This document shows, in pieces, positions 17,768 to 27,268 of a stretch of DNA of 34,017 nucleotides. The position numbers were made by a program, and so were the translations under genes. Every line of letters starts with the position of its first letter. The stretch's first letter is position 1. The notes beneath the pieces are model-generated. The model was not told the origin of the DNA. It searched no databases and was given only the letters and a program-made list of their open reading frames with translations. Source of the DNA: a virus (lineage: Duplodnaviria > Caudoviricetes); the IMG/VR virus record IMGVR_UViG_3300027956_000004, positions 1-34,017 of that record; one strand, written 5' to 3'.

Positions 17768-19891
17768 TTACATCGGATTCTTGGTGACAAAGTACATTGT
17801 GACCAAAGAATTGCCTCTGCGCTTGCGATCCTTATCAAAGCCAAGGCTACTAAGTATCGAGCCAATGCGCTGGATGTTGAGGTAATTAAACTTGGTTTCA
17901 ATCATAAGGTACTGCTGTATTTCAGTGAGCGACATCCACTCGCCATATGATGAAGAATTGCCAGGCTGAAGTTTCTTGTGAATCAAATCCTCTTCAGGTG
18001 TTGAGTGCTTGAAGGTAAGTGTTGAGTCATTGAGATCTTGGATGTCTTGATGCAGCACTGTGTAATCCCATCCGGCACGATACATGGCATAGAGCTCACG
18101 CCATAAGCCTTCCTTGTCGCATTTGTTGTACTCCTCTTTGTTGATGTCAAGGATGTGAATTGGAATCTGCCTGCGGTTCCCAGTTGGATCGTTGAGTATC
18201 TGCGTCTCGTTCGATGTTCCGCAGAACACGGCCAAGCGGCGAAGGTCGAGCGACACGCGGCCATAAGGCTCACGCACGTTGATGAATTCCTTCGATGTTA
18301 GTTCCTTGAGTCTCTTCTCTTCCTTCTTGGACTTCCCTCCGTACTCGTCATCGAGAATCATCAGCTTTAGGCACATGAGAATCTCATCATCCTTGCCACC
18401 ATCCATCTTGGACTCAGCAAATAGGTAGCGCAATCGCTTTGGCAGAAGATACCGGAACCAATGTGTCTTTCCAGTGCCTTGCTTTTCACCAGAGAAGATG
18501 AGCACCAAAGGCGAGTGATTGCCATAAGCAGATGCGACAACTGAGACCAGCCATTTGCATATCCATTTGTCTGCATTTGGCGTGTCAGTCACAACGCTGT
18601 TGAGCAGGTGCGTGAGATTTGGGCACTCGTCTTCCAGGTGTAATTCCTCTTCAAAGAATTCATGCAATGGGTTATATGTCTGGACACGATTTGAGAAAAT
18701 TATCGCGGTGACCAGTTCTTTTGTCGACTCCTTGAACACGGCTTTGGAATCGAGATAGATCGAGTTGAGGTCACTGTCATCGATGGCCCTTCCGTTGAGT
18801 TCAATCTTGCGAGTTACTACATTTTTTTTGAGGTCGTAGGTGTTTATAAACGCCGCAATATCAGCACTTACGTTCTCGGATTTGAATTTAATATCCTTTG
18901 CTACTATCTCATTGACAACTTTCGTGCTTTCCTCTGGGCTAATGCCGGATACTTCGAGGCTGCGCACGATGGCTTCTGGCGAAAGTCCAGCGGCACGCTG
19001 CGAGCTTGCGGCCCTGAGAATGGCCTTGCTTTGCTCGGAGTAGGTCTCGATGCCGTTCTTCTTGGCGTGGTAGTATAAGGTTGCAATGGTTGACCTTTTG
19101 CCTTTTGACTCGCTGTGATTCTTCAAGCATGCGGTGTACTGGGCATTGCAGTCATCTGAGTTGTACTTGGATGAATGGCTGCTGAGGGTGTGAAAGTAGT
19201 CACGACCACCTTCACCGAATTCAGAGACGAGTGCATAAGCGATTTGAATCCAGTCGGAATAGTCCTCGCAGAGGTTGAGCCCTTTGCGGTCCATCGCAGC
19301 AATCATGGCATCAAAGTCGGTTTTTATTACTGCGACCCTTGCAAGCTTCTGCTCTTTCTTTTTGGGCAGGTACTTCTTGAAGAGCACCGCCTTGGTGTTG
19401 ATAATGATCCAAGGGTCGTAGGATATGAAGCGTGCTCTGGAGACGTTCTTGCCGGATTGGTCCACGATGAGCTGGTACTCATTGTAGAGATAGGAAGCGA
19501 TGCCGTTGAATGCATCGAGATGGCGTGTGCCATCGATGCGAATAATCAGGCACAGGCCGTGTCCGCTGATGGATGTGAATGCAGCATAGATGTAGGCATC
19601 GGCTGCGATTAGCTTCTTGGTCTCTTCAGGGTTCTCGATGTTGTCGATGTCGATTGCAATGAATCCAGAGTGTGCTCTGAGTGCTTCATCCTTTCGTGCT
19701 GAGAATGAACCGCTGACTGTTACCAGTGGAGCTGATTTTTTCTTTTTATCGCGTTCGTCTTTGTCTTTGGTTGCGCGAACTTGCAAGACTATGTCCTGCC
19801 ATTTGCCGGTGCGCACGCCTTCGATGAAGGCTGCGAGCTCGATGTCAGTGTCCTTGGTGTTGTAGATGCTGTCGTACTGTGAGATGATCAT
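17768..19891 (-). CDS. Primase-helicase: BT4734/VirE-N-like + PriCT-2 + VapE-like P-loop
   Basis: HSGFIAIDID, FTSISGHG, SRARFISYDP, YSDWIQIA, GEKQGTGKT and LNDPTGNRR motifs. Confidence 0.9.
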   Translation of the reverse strand: MIISQYDSIYNTKDTDIELAAFIEGVRTGKWQDIVLQVRATKDKDERDKKKKSAPLVTVSGSFSARKDEALRAHSGFIAIDIDNIENPEETKKLIAADAYIYAAFTSISGHGLCLIIRIDGTRHLDAFNGIASYLYNEYQLIVDQSGKNVSRARFISYDPWIIINTKAVLFKKYLPKKKEQKLARVAVIKTDFDAMIAAMDRKGLNLCEDYSDWIQIAYALVSEFGEGGRDYFHTLSSHSSKYNSDDCNAQYTACLKNHSESKGKRSTIATLYYHAKKNGIETYSEQSKAILRAASSQRAAGLSPEAIVRSLEVSGISPEESTKVVNEIVAKDIKFKSENVSADIAAFINTYDLKKNVVTRKIELNGRAIDDSDLNSIYLDSKAVFKESTKELVTAIIFSNRVQTYNPLHEFFEEELHLEDECPNLTHLLNSVVTDTPNADKWICKWLVSVVASAYGNHSPLVLIFSGEKQGTGKTHWFRYLLPKRLRYLFAESKMDGGKDDEILMCLKLMILDDEYGGKSKKEEKRLKELTSKEFINVREPYGRVSLDLRRLAVFCGTSNETQILNDPTGNRRQIPIHILDINKEEYNKCDKEGLWRELYAMYRAGWDYTVLHQDIQDLNDSTLTFKHSTPEEDLIHKKLQPGNSSSYGEWMSLTEIQQYLMIETKFNYLNIQRIGSILSSLGFDKDRKRRGNSLVTMYFVTKNPM

Positions 19892-21362
19892 TTAGAAGTG
19901 TTTTAAGTTTATTGTCTACGAACTCCCTGTGCCAAGCATCGAATCGCTTATTGTGCTCGTGGCACCAGAGCCTTGCAAGTTCATGAATTTTTTTCTGAAT
20001 TATGGGCATGTGTGATTCATTAATTTCTTTGAGCACTCCCAATGCTGAGGTGAATACCTTCTCAACCAGCACATAAAGAGAGCGGTACTGCTGGTTATGT
20101 GCGTATGATTCGATGAGTTTTTTTACATCAATCCTGCGCCCGATTTGGATGAACTCGTCAATGCCTTCATCTTTGGCCACCACTTTCGGGAAGATATATC
20201 CGCAAGGGAATAGTTCGCCTACTGGTGTGGCATCGCAGACCATCTTGGCTGTGTGCAATAAGGCGGAACACTTGGGGCACTCTTTCACTGGTGCCACGCC
20301 TTCGCCTGGCTTCTTTGGATTGTGGAAGATGCTTTGCCAATTGCGAGGCGATGACCAGAGGCCATGTGTCTCGCAGTTGCCACCAAGATCGATGATAGTG
20401 AATGCGAGCTTCACTGGATGCGGCCTTGCTCCGCGTCCGCACATCTGAAGCCATAAGGGCATTGATGCTGTGGCCTTGTTTACAATTACGGTTTCGATGT
20501 CTGGCTGGTCGAATCCTGTTGTGGCGATTCCGATGTTGTTGAGGATTGCATCGGGTGTGTTGGCGAACCATTGAAGCACCTCAGCCCGATCAGGTGAGTC
20601 AGCATCGAGATGTCGAGAGTTGAATCCAGCTGCTTGAAAGGCGGCATTGACTGCGATAGAGTGCTCAACATTGCAATTGAAGATAATTGTTTTTTGGCCG
20701 AGTGAGTGCTTCTTGTAGGCATTGATTGTTGTGTCAATGTACTTGGGATTCTTGTAGGCTGCTGCCATCTGTGCCGTGTCGAAGTCGCCAGCTTTCATCT
20801 TAAGCCTTGCTCGGTCAACAATTGACTTTGCTGAGTAGGTCAGTTCTTGGCAAAGGTACCCTTGCTCGATGAGGTCAGGGATGTCAATGCCGCACACGAT
20901 GTCATCGAAGTAGTTCTTCAATGGATTGGTCTTGCGTGCTGCCAATGGCGTTGCTGTGAATCCGATGATGTAGCTGTCTGTGAAGTGCTCGATGACCTTT
21001 GTGAAGTTGCCGATGTGGCATTCATCGACAATTACCAGCCCGATGTTTTGAAACTTGTCGAGCCGCTTGTATGCAGTCTCAACCATTGCCACATACACTC
21101 TTGCATGTGGAATCGACTTCATGCCGGCCACTACTGGCTGTGTTCTGAGGCGAATCGATTTCGTGGCCTGTGCGAGCAGTTCTTCACGATGCACAAGGAT
21201 TAGGGTGTCTTGTGAGGACTTCGCGCAGTAGCGGTCGCAAATCGCAGAAAAGCACACCGTCTTGCCTCCACCAGTTGCGAGCTGCGCAACCACCTTGCGA
21301 TTGGTGCGCAGACTCGCAGCGATGTTGTTGATGAATCGTTCCTGGTAGGGGCGAAGGGTCAT
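19845..21362 (-). CDS. SF2 (DEAD/DEAH-like) helicase with a C-terminal zinc ribbon
   Basis: ATGGGKT, VDECH, TATP, QMCGRGAR and CPKC motifs. Confidence 0.92.
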   Translation of the reverse strand: MTLRPYQERFINNIAASLRTNRKVVAQLATGGGKTVCFSAICDRYCAKSSQDTLILVHREELLAQATKSIRLRTQPVVAGMKSIPHARVYVAMVETAYKRLDKFQNIGLVIVDECHIGNFTKVIEHFTDSYIIGFTATPLAARKTNPLKNYFDDIVCGIDIPDLIEQGYLCQELTYSAKSIVDRARLKMKAGDFDTAQMAAAYKNPKYIDTTINAYKKHSLGQKTIIFNCNVEHSIAVNAAFQAAGFNSRHLDADSPDRAEVLQWFANTPDAILNNIGIATTGFDQPDIETVIVNKATASMPLWLQMCGRGARPHPVKLAFTIIDLGGNCETHGLWSSPRNWQSIFHNPKKPGEGVAPVKECPKCSALLHTAKMVCDATPVGELFPCGYIFPKVVAKDEGIDEFIQIGRRIDVKKLIESYAHNQQYRSLYVLVEKVFTSALGVLKEINESHMPIIQKKIHELARLWCHEHNKRFDAWHREFVDNKLKTLLNDHLTVRQHLQHQGH

Positions 21363-21565
21363 GAGAAAGTGTCGTTGTAGTACATTTCGCCAGTTCTCAA
21401 AGGATTGCTATAAACATCCTCTTCAACTCCTGTTGTGTAAGCTTGTGAAATCTGCTCCTTTTCCATTGCTTTGGCTAATAGGAATATTGTATTTACATCT
21501 TTTGCTTGAGTTGTTGGCTCTGCTAATTTTGTATGATACCACTCAACTGCTGTCTGCTTTTTCAT
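21359..21565 (-). CDS. Hypothetical phage protein (QTAVEW..MEKEQI type)
   Basis: Overlaps both neighbours; resembles 22939-23169. Confidence 0.7.
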   Translation of the reverse strand: MKKQTAVEWYHTKLAEPTTQAKDVNTIFLLAKAMEKEQISQAYTTGVEEDVYSNPLRTGEMYYNDTFS

Positions 21566-21774
21566 GCCTCAAGTCTTTTATCCATTGGTATAAAATCAGA
21601 GCCGTTGCCATGCACGGTCTTGATGAAGTCAACCTCAACCTTTGCAGAGTTGATGATGGTCTGGGCCACATCAGTGATAGCCTTTGCCTTGTCGATTTCC
21701 ATGTCACCATCCTTGAGCATTTCGATGACTTCGAAGAGGTGATCTCTTAAGTGTTCAATTTTGTTCCTTGCCAT
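21562..21774 (-). CDS. Small protein of a type often found next to HNH genes
   Basis: LRDHLF..L..AKAI..A..IINSAK pattern. Confidence 0.75.
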   Translation of the reverse strand: MARNKIEHLRDHLFEVIEMLKDGDMEIDKAKAITDVAQTIINSAKVEVDFIKTVHGNGSDFIPMDKRLEA

Positions 21775-22381
21775 GATTCTTGATTATTTTTTTGAGTTTA
21801 GAAATTGTTTTCATTGTTGATTGCATCTCTTCCGGATAGCGATGGATGGTGTTCAATTCCATGTTTTGCTTTGTGTCGATGATGAATAGATTGTCGATGT
21901 CAAAGTTTAGCTTATTGCCATCCTTGAATCGGATGATTGCGCCTTTCGGGATTGGGCCATGCTCCATCTCCCAGGCAAGGCGATGAGTCAGCACCCAGCT
22001 TTTGAGCCCTTCTTCAACCTTGGTCCAATGATAGCCTTCAACATCGATGCGAGTCCAGCCTATTGGCTTGTAGTTGACAGGCACATGGCCCTTCTTGAAT
22101 AGCGTGTGCTCTGGTGCGTTGTTCTTTCCTTTGAGCCCCTTGTTCCAAGGTTCTTGGCCTTTGGTGAATCTGTACTTCATGCCAACTTCCTTCACTCTGG
22201 TGCCATGCACTTCTCTGAGGTATTCAGGGGATTTCTTGAATCCATACTTGAATGCAATGTTGTAGATTGATGACTCAGACACCCCAATGATTTTGGCAAT
22301 TTCTGAGGTCTTAGTCTTCGGGTAGTATTCAGCGATGAAGTCGAGCTGGAGCTGTGAGAATTTACTTGCCATAGTTGCCAT
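21755..22381 (-). CDS. HNH-family protein with N-terminal HTH and FxKG repeats
   Basis: HRLAWEMEHGPIPKG..FKDGNKLN...NL. Confidence 0.85.
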   Translation of the reverse strand: MATMASKFSQLQLDFIAEYYPKTKTSEIAKIIGVSESSIYNIAFKYGFKKSPEYLREVHGTRVKEVGMKYRFTKGQEPWNKGLKGKNNAPEHTLFKKGHVPVNYKPIGWTRIDVEGYHWTKVEEGLKSWVLTHRLAWEMEHGPIPKGAIIRFKDGNKLNFDIDNLFIIDTKQNMELNTIHRYPEEMQSTMKTISKLKKIIKNHGKEQN

Positions 22382-22952
22382 CGAATTGATTGAGGAATCC
22401 AGCGATTAGCTCGTAAGCATGGTCGAGCTCTTGCTGGTTGTGCCGGTATAGGTAGAGGTCAGTGAACTGCCCCGACTTCTTCACCTTTGGAGGAACGCCG
22501 ATGTAGTAGAAGTTGTGCGGATCCCATCCCATAAGCATGGAATACCACACCGCTTGCACATGGTTGTAATGCTTGATCATGTCATCGGCGAATGCTTGCA
22601 AGTTCTTGGCCGTTGTGGTCTTCACATCTGCGATGATCTTCATCTCATCCCAGCAGATATCCATCGCACCCTTTGCGAGCACGGTCTTATCGCCAATTGT
22701 GAGCTCGCTTACCACGATGCGCTCCTTTTCGCTTTTGTCGAACAGCTCACCAAGCAGTTCCACCTGGTGAATTGCATCGTAGGTGTTGCGCACTGGCGTA
22801 CCCATTGTCTCGTATTCGCACTCAAGGAGCGAGTAATGAAAGTCCTTGCCATAGTTCAGCGATGCCTTTGCATAGCTGATGTCTCCCGTGTAGAATCGTT
22901 TGATGCGGCTTGCACTCACGGCTGGGTAGGTGATGTATTCATCGCGTGTCAT
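22362..22952 (-). CDS. PD-(D/E)XK exonuclease (RecE/ExoVIII-like)
   Basis: GKDFH, KGAMD, IADVKTT and QAVWY motifs. Confidence 0.8.
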   Translation of the reverse strand: MTRDEYITYPAVSASRIKRFYTGDISYAKASLNYGKDFHYSLLECEYETMGTPVRNTYDAIHQVELLGELFDKSEKERIVVSELTIGDKTVLAKGAMDICWDEMKIIADVKTTTAKNLQAFADDMIKHYNHVQAVWYSMLMGWDPHNFYYIGVPPKVKKSGQFTDLYLYRHNQQELDHAYELIAGFLNQFDGNYGK

Positions 22953-23169
22953 AGTCTAATGGCTTAAATGTGATTTTATAGTATTCCTCACCTAACTGCA
23001 AGCCGTCGAGTGCACCTTCATTGAAGGTCTGCACTATCAATTCTTTTTCGATTGCAATGTACTTGTGAAAGTTGTTTAGGAACTGCCTGCCCTTGTCGCT
23101 ATGCACGTCAAAGAATTCGGGATGCAATTCTCTGAGTTCGGTAATTAATTTTTGCACTGGTGTTTTCAT
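22939..23169 (-). CDS. Hypothetical protein
   Basis: MKTPVQ..IEKELI..GEEYYKITF. Confidence 0.65.
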   Translation of the reverse strand: MKTPVQKLITELRELHPEFFDVHSDKGRQFLNNFHKYIAIEKELIVQTFNEGALDGLQLGEEYYKITFKPLDYDTR

Positions 23170-23173
23170 GGTG

Positions 23174-23410
23174 TTACTTCAAATTTGGGTTAGACTGTTG
23201 TGCTCTTTGGCGTGCTCTGCGGATGCTTTCGGCAGCTGGAAGCTTGCCCTCGCTCATCATGTCGAGCACTTCCTTTGCAGTTGTTTCATTGAGTTTGTCA
23301 TAGCCGATTGTGTCGGCCCAGACGTAAGCGATTAGCCTTGCATCGCTCTTGCGTGTTGCAGGCACGCGCTCAAGTATTGCGCGCACCTGCTTGGTAGGGT
23401 TGTGCTTCAT
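23174..23410 (-). CDS. Hypothetical protein
   Basis: Co-oriented; ESIRRARQRAQ motif. Confidence 0.65.
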   Translation of the reverse strand: MKHNPTKQVRAILERVPATRKSDARLIAYVWADTIGYDKLNETTAKEVLDMMSEGKLPAAESIRRARQRAQQSNPNLK

Positions 23411-24060
23411 CGTGTTATGGTTTGAATTTTTTCTTCATAAATCTCAATGCCGGCGATCTGCTCCAAGCCGAGCTCTTGCATTGCTTTTGGCAGGCCAGTA
23501 AGCAAAGTTTGTTGCTTGAGGTTGCCTGATGAGAACAGCACGCCAAGCACTGTCACCCAATCCACTTCGCCATTGATGCGAGCCTTGCGAATTGAGCGAA
23601 TGCCTTTGATGTGGCTGTGCTGGATGCTAACCTCAGCGAGCTCATCGGTAAGGGCAGCCATTGACTTGGCTTGCTCTTTTATGCGCTTCTGATCTTCTTC
23701 ATGCTTGCGGTCCAGCTCGTTGGTGTACTCCAGCATCTTGGATTTTGCCGATGCGATGAAGGCTCTGAGTGGTTCGGTTGCTTCTTGCTCGATATTTATG
23801 AGCTGCTTCTTGTACTGGTCGATCGGGATGGTGACAATCTTGCGAGCTTCCTCGATGGCCTTTATGGCATCGTTTGCTTCTTTGATTGCTTGGCTTGTGT
23901 TGTTGTAATCGCTCACGTTGCTAACGCTGAAGCAATCGCCATCGATGCTCATGGTGTCAATGAGTGCATGAGCTTGCAGAACCTTTGGCGAATTTATCGC
24001 AGCGTATAGATTCTGAATAGGAATTTGTATCTTTGCAATGCTGTTCATGTGTGTATGCAT
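23407..24060 (-). CDS. Coiled-coil protein in the recombination module
   Basis: 217 aa, helical, ends IAGIEIYEE; the start may be 24048. Confidence 0.7.
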   Translation of the reverse strand: MHTHMNSIAKIQIPIQNLYAAINSPKVLQAHALIDTMSIDGDCFSVSNVSDYNNTSQAIKEANDAIKAIEEARKIVTIPIDQYKKQLINIEQEATEPLRAFIASAKSKMLEYTNELDRKHEEDQKRIKEQAKSMAALTDELAEVSIQHSHIKGIRSIRKARINGEVDWVTVLGVLFSSGNLKQQTLLTGLPKAMQELGLEQIAGIEIYEEKIQTITR

Positions 24061-24063
24061 AGT

Positions 24064-24100
24064 AAAAGCCGAGCCTTTTTGAAGTGGGGCTCGGCTTTTT
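24064..24100. terminator. Intrinsic, potentially bidirectional terminator
   Basis: AAAAGCCGAGCC ... GGCTCGGCTTTT inverted repeat after the SSB-like gene. Confidence 0.7.
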
Positions 24101-24103
24101 GGT

Positions 24104-24766
24104 TTATGTTAGAAAAGGGCTTGAGTCGTTTGAGAATAATGCATCGAGGTCAACATCCAAAGCATCGCTTGCAGATGATTGGTACACCGGAGCGGCAACC
24201 TTTGCAGGCTTGCTTACGCGAGCAATCCACTCATCGCTCTTGCGAATGTCTTCTTGGATGAACTCTGGCAGCTTGCCAAATACTTCTGCATCGTGCTCAG
24301 TTGAATCATAAGCAAGGAGCTCATTGTAGGCTGGAGGGCACTGCATGCCTTTGGGCATTGGAGACACGCTCATGATGTTGGCATAGGTCTTATCTTCTTT
24401 GCCGTTGTGTGCGATGTTTACCAATGCACTTTTGCCAAGTAGTGTAAAGATCTCGAATTCGCCAGCTTGCTTGTCTGTCATCTTCTTGCCTGCCCATGAT
24501 TCGATGAACTTGCGCATTGATGACTTCTCGCCCATGTTTAGATTAAAGATTGTCTTCACGATGAAGGGCTGCTCGCCATTCTCTTCCTTGAAGATTGCGG
24601 TCTCTGTTGGCAGTTCAAATACGAACTGGACCTTGCGTTTCTTGCTGCCCCACTTTTCATCGAGGGTTGTCCCCTTGTCAATGATTTGGATAAGGACTGC
24701 TGGATAAGCCCCTTCTGGAGCGATTTGGCGTGTGCCGCCTGTTGAACTGTTTACTGGTGCTTTCAT
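24104..24766 (-). CDS. Probable ssDNA-binding/replication protein (NGO0469-like)
   Basis: EKSSMRKFIESW..LLGK..YANI motifs; acidic-aromatic C-terminal tail. Confidence 0.65.
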   Translation of the reverse strand: MKAPVNSSTGGTRQIAPEGAYPAVLIQIIDKGTTLDEKWGSKKRKVQFVFELPTETAIFKEENGEQPFIVKTIFNLNMGEKSSMRKFIESWAGKKMTDKQAGEFEIFTLLGKSALVNIAHNGKEDKTYANIMSVSPMPKGMQCPPAYNELLAYDSTEHDAEVFGKLPEFIQEDIRKSDEWIARVSKPAKVAAPVYQSSASDALDVDLDALFSNDSSPFLT

Positions 24767-24775
24767 GTTTATAGA

Positions 24776-25084
24776 TTAAAGATTAGTGATTAATGCGTCT
24801 GTTGCTTGATAGTGCAGTTGCTCTGTGACAATTGCGAAGTTGTTGTGGAATTCTTCCATGTCGCAAGGATCATAGATGCGCTTCTCAGGTGCAGTGCCGT
24901 GCTCCATTGAGCGGTGGTACTGCCGTGAAAGATTTGCAGCCTGCGAATCGCAGCGAGTGTAGAGCCCTTTGATTGGGCCATCGTTTACAATCATCACCAG
25001 CGTGCCGGTTAAGTGATTGTAGTGGAAGAATTCAGTGCCCTTCCAATTCTTGAAGGTCGTTGCTGTTGAGAGTTGTGTGTTCAT
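24776..25084 (-). CDS. First early gene, hypothetical
   Basis: Probable start at MNTQL (25084), downstream of a full promoter. Confidence 0.65.
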   Translation of the reverse strand: MNTQLSTATTFKNWKGTEFFHYNHLTGTLVMIVNDGPIKGLYTRCDSQAANLSRQYHRSMEHGTAPEKRIYDPCDMEEFHNNFAIVTEQLHYQATDALITNL

Positions 25085-25105
25085 TTTTTCGTTGTTTTGT
25101 TGAGG

Positions 25106-25135
25106 CAAATGTACACCCCTTTTTTGAATTCGCAA
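25106..25135 (-). promoter_or_regulatory. Early promoter TTG-N19-TACATTTG
   Basis: Both -33 and -7 Bacteroidota sigma-A elements with 19-nt spacing. Confidence 0.75.
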
Positions 25136-25201
25136 GCGAAAAACAAAGAAAACAATAAACCACCAGCGTAAAAAAACGCAAGTGCATGAAAATCAAGCCA
25201 A

Positions 25202-25861
25202 TTATTTTATGCGTGTCAGGCCGAAACCAATAAACGCCCCGAGCCCAATCTTGGCCGCATCGGTTTGCCACCACTTTTTGTCCTGGCGAATCACAACATT
25301 GCTGATGCCGGTCACGCTTACATAAGGATTGTCAACTGCAATGCGGACAACCTTGTCACGCTTCCGCAAAATAGAGCCTTTACGCAGCGTATCTCCGATT
25401 GCAACGGTATAAGATACCGGAATTATCATTGAGTCAATCTGAAGCCTTCCTACGCGGTTTATCCTGCCTCCTATGGATAGCCATTTACCTTCACGCCCGA
25501 ATGATCTTGGCAGGCGCAAGTGTGGAAAGCTATCGATGTATACCGTGTCACCAAGTTCGAAATCCGTTTGAATCACTGTCTTGGTCCTGTATTGGACAGC
25601 TTGGTTAGCCTTGATGCCAAGTGCTGCGTTTATCTTCTCAAGCTCCGCATATTTGCGCTCGCTGCTTACAATGGTCTGCGACTGGCTGTAAATCTTGGCC
25701 GAGTCTTGAGCAATTCGCATGGTGTATTCTTGATTGGCATTGTCAAGTCGCTCCAGTTCAACCTCGGTTGAGGCCAAGCTTCCGCAAGTCCTGATCAGCA
25801 TCAAGGCAAGGACAAGAGAAATTGTCACCAAAAAAAGCGTGCTTGTGTTAGATCGTTCCAT
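25202..25861 (-). CDS. Membrane-anchored lysis accessory (spanin-like) protein
   Basis: N-terminal TM, coiled coil, beta region, and C-terminal KKWW plus hydrophobic tail. Confidence 0.6.
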   Translation of the reverse strand: MERSNTSTLFLVTISLVLALMLIRTCGSLASTEVELERLDNANQEYTMRIAQDSAKIYSQSQTIVSSERKYAELEKINAALGIKANQAVQYRTKTVIQTDFELGDTVYIDSFPHLRLPRSFGREGKWLSIGGRINRVGRLQIDSMIIPVSYTVAIGDTLRKGSILRKRDKVVRIAVDNPYVSVTGISNVVIRQDKKWWQTDAAKIGLGAFIGFGLTRIK

Positions 25862-26051
25862 TGCTTACAAATTGCATTACTTCGTTAAATCGCACCATGT
25901 AAAGGTCCTTGTTTCGCAAGTTTGAAAGCAGTATCTGGCTCGCAACTTTTAGCGGCATGGCCCTTTCCAAGATGTAAATCGCAAGCACCTTTACAAGCCG
26001 CTCGTCACATTCTTCATCAGTGCTTGGTAGGTAGGTGTGCGCTTCATTCAT
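25848..26051 (-). CDS. Hypothetical 67-aa protein
   Basis: ATGA-coupled to the PAS-DHp gene. Confidence 0.6.
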   Translation of the reverse strand: MNEAHTYLPSTDEECDERLVKVLAIYILERAMPLKVASQILLSNLRNKDLYMVRFNEVMQFVSNGTI

Positions 26052-26614
26052 AGTTGTCTTGTTGCTTTCTTAACCAGTAACTTGATCACCTCATCAAGCT
26101 TCTGCACGCTGTCTGCTATCATTTCCATAATGCCCTTCCGCTCTTCCTCTGTGATTTCTTTGTGCTCCATGATCATCTGGACCAACCCACCAATTGAAGT
26201 CAATGGCTGGCGAAGCTCGTGGCTCAACATAAAGCGAAACTCTTCCAGAAGCATCTTCTGCCGCTCATGCTCATGCGAGCTGATAGATGTGACATCGACC
26301 AACTGGATACCAATCATGTGGATGCTGTTCATAATTGAGTAAACATTCCACATGTTGTACCGCTCAGAAGACATTTTTTGGCGTGTCCTTGAATAGACTC
26401 TAATCGGATCCGGTGCTTTCTTTTGCGACTTTCTGATTGCTGTAAGCATCTCATCGCGATCACTGTCATTGGCTGCAATGTCCAATATATTGCCGGGCTT
26501 TATATGGCTGCTGTATTCTTTGAATAAATCATTGGAGGTCACAATATTCCCATCCTTATCGGTAATCACATAGAAGAGGTCGATGCTCGCCTCGAGGATG
26601 TGCAGTGATGCCAT
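26048..26614 (-). CDS. PAS + HisKA (DHp) protein lacking the ATP-binding domain
   Basis: PAS start ILEASIDLFYVITDKDGNIVTSN, DVT end motif, H-box LSHELRQPLTSIGG; ends after DHp helix 2. Confidence 0.85.
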   Translation of the reverse strand: MASLHILEASIDLFYVITDKDGNIVTSNDLFKEYSSHIKPGNILDIAANDSDRDEMLTAIRKSQKKAPDPIRVYSRTRQKMSSERYNMWNVYSIMNSIHMIGIQLVDVTSISSHEHERQKMLLEEFRFMLSHELRQPLTSIGGLVQMIMEHKEITEEERKGIMEMIADSVQKLDEVIKLLVKKATRQL

Positions 26615-26618
26615 AAGA

Positions 26619-26626
26619 CAAAGATA
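26619..26626 (-). promoter_or_regulatory. -7 box TATCTTTG 4 nt before the PAS-DHp ATG
   Basis: TAnnTTTG inside a 16-nt spacer. Confidence 0.65.
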
Positions 26627-26630
26627 AGCC

Positions 26631-27032
26631 TTATGCCCTTAGCTCGCTTCTTAGATCGTTAAATAAATTGATCCAGGCAGCACCACATCCAATCAAGTAT
26701 TTTGCACTCATCCACAAGGTAAAGCTAAACACAACACCATTCAAAAGTATATCGTAATTCATAGGCGTTTCAATATCTTGCGTGTTTCTTACAGGCTGAG
26801 GTTTGAGGGTGTAGTACGTTGGTGCTGGGTATAAAGATACATCGCATGGTTGAATGGTGTCGAATGCTGTAAGTTCACGCACTGGCTTTGGCTGTGCCAT
26901 AACATACTCGAAGCTTTCGCGGTTAGCTTGCGCAAAGCTTGTGTCTGCATTTGCCATCTCCCAGCTCATGGTGTCGATGTTCACCTTGTTATGGCGTGCA
27001 ATCTTTATTGTATCTCTACGAATCTGTTGCAT
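26631..27032 (-). CDS. Hypothetical protein with a C-terminal hydrophobic segment
   Basis: ILLNGVVFSFTLWMSAKYLI; overlaps the holin end. Confidence 0.6.
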   Translation of the reverse strand: MQQIRRDTIKIARHNKVNIDTMSWEMANADTSFAQANRESFEYVMAQPKPVRELTAFDTIQPCDVSLYPAPTYYTLKPQPVRNTQDIETPMNYDILLNGVVFSFTLWMSAKYLIGCGAAWINLFNDLRSELRA

Positions 27033-27222
27033 CGTCTTTGGCTTTTGGAATGTACCCAGCGGCGATTAGGGTTGCCACAATTGCCGCAAGGGTTTCGGTT
27101 GAAATCACTTTAAAGATTAGCAAAAAGATTGAAACTAAAATCATAAGGCTTCCGATAGTGCTACGCCAATGCTTAACAATGATGTCAATGATTCGCCTTG
27201 GTTTGGTAGCACGTTTTCGCAT
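27016..27222 (-). CDS. Probable holin (2 TM)
   Basis: Basic N-terminus and two hydrophobic helices; follows the lysozyme gene. Confidence 0.7.
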   Translation of the reverse strand: MRKRATKPRRIIDIIVKHWRSTIGSLMILVSIFLLIFKVISTETLAAIVATLIAAGYIPKAKDDATDS

Positions 27223-27268
27223 AGGTTAAAATACGCGAAAGCATTGCCGGTGTTGGGGCAATTGCGCC

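Noticed and set aside
21755-22381. HNH gene as an intron-encoded or mobile homing element
   Set aside because: Free-standing, overlaps intact neighbours, with no intron features or split gene.
26631-27222. Holin-to-133-aa frameshift fusion
   Set aside because: No convincing slippery site; the downstream ORF has its own ATG and an in-frame stop shortly upstream.
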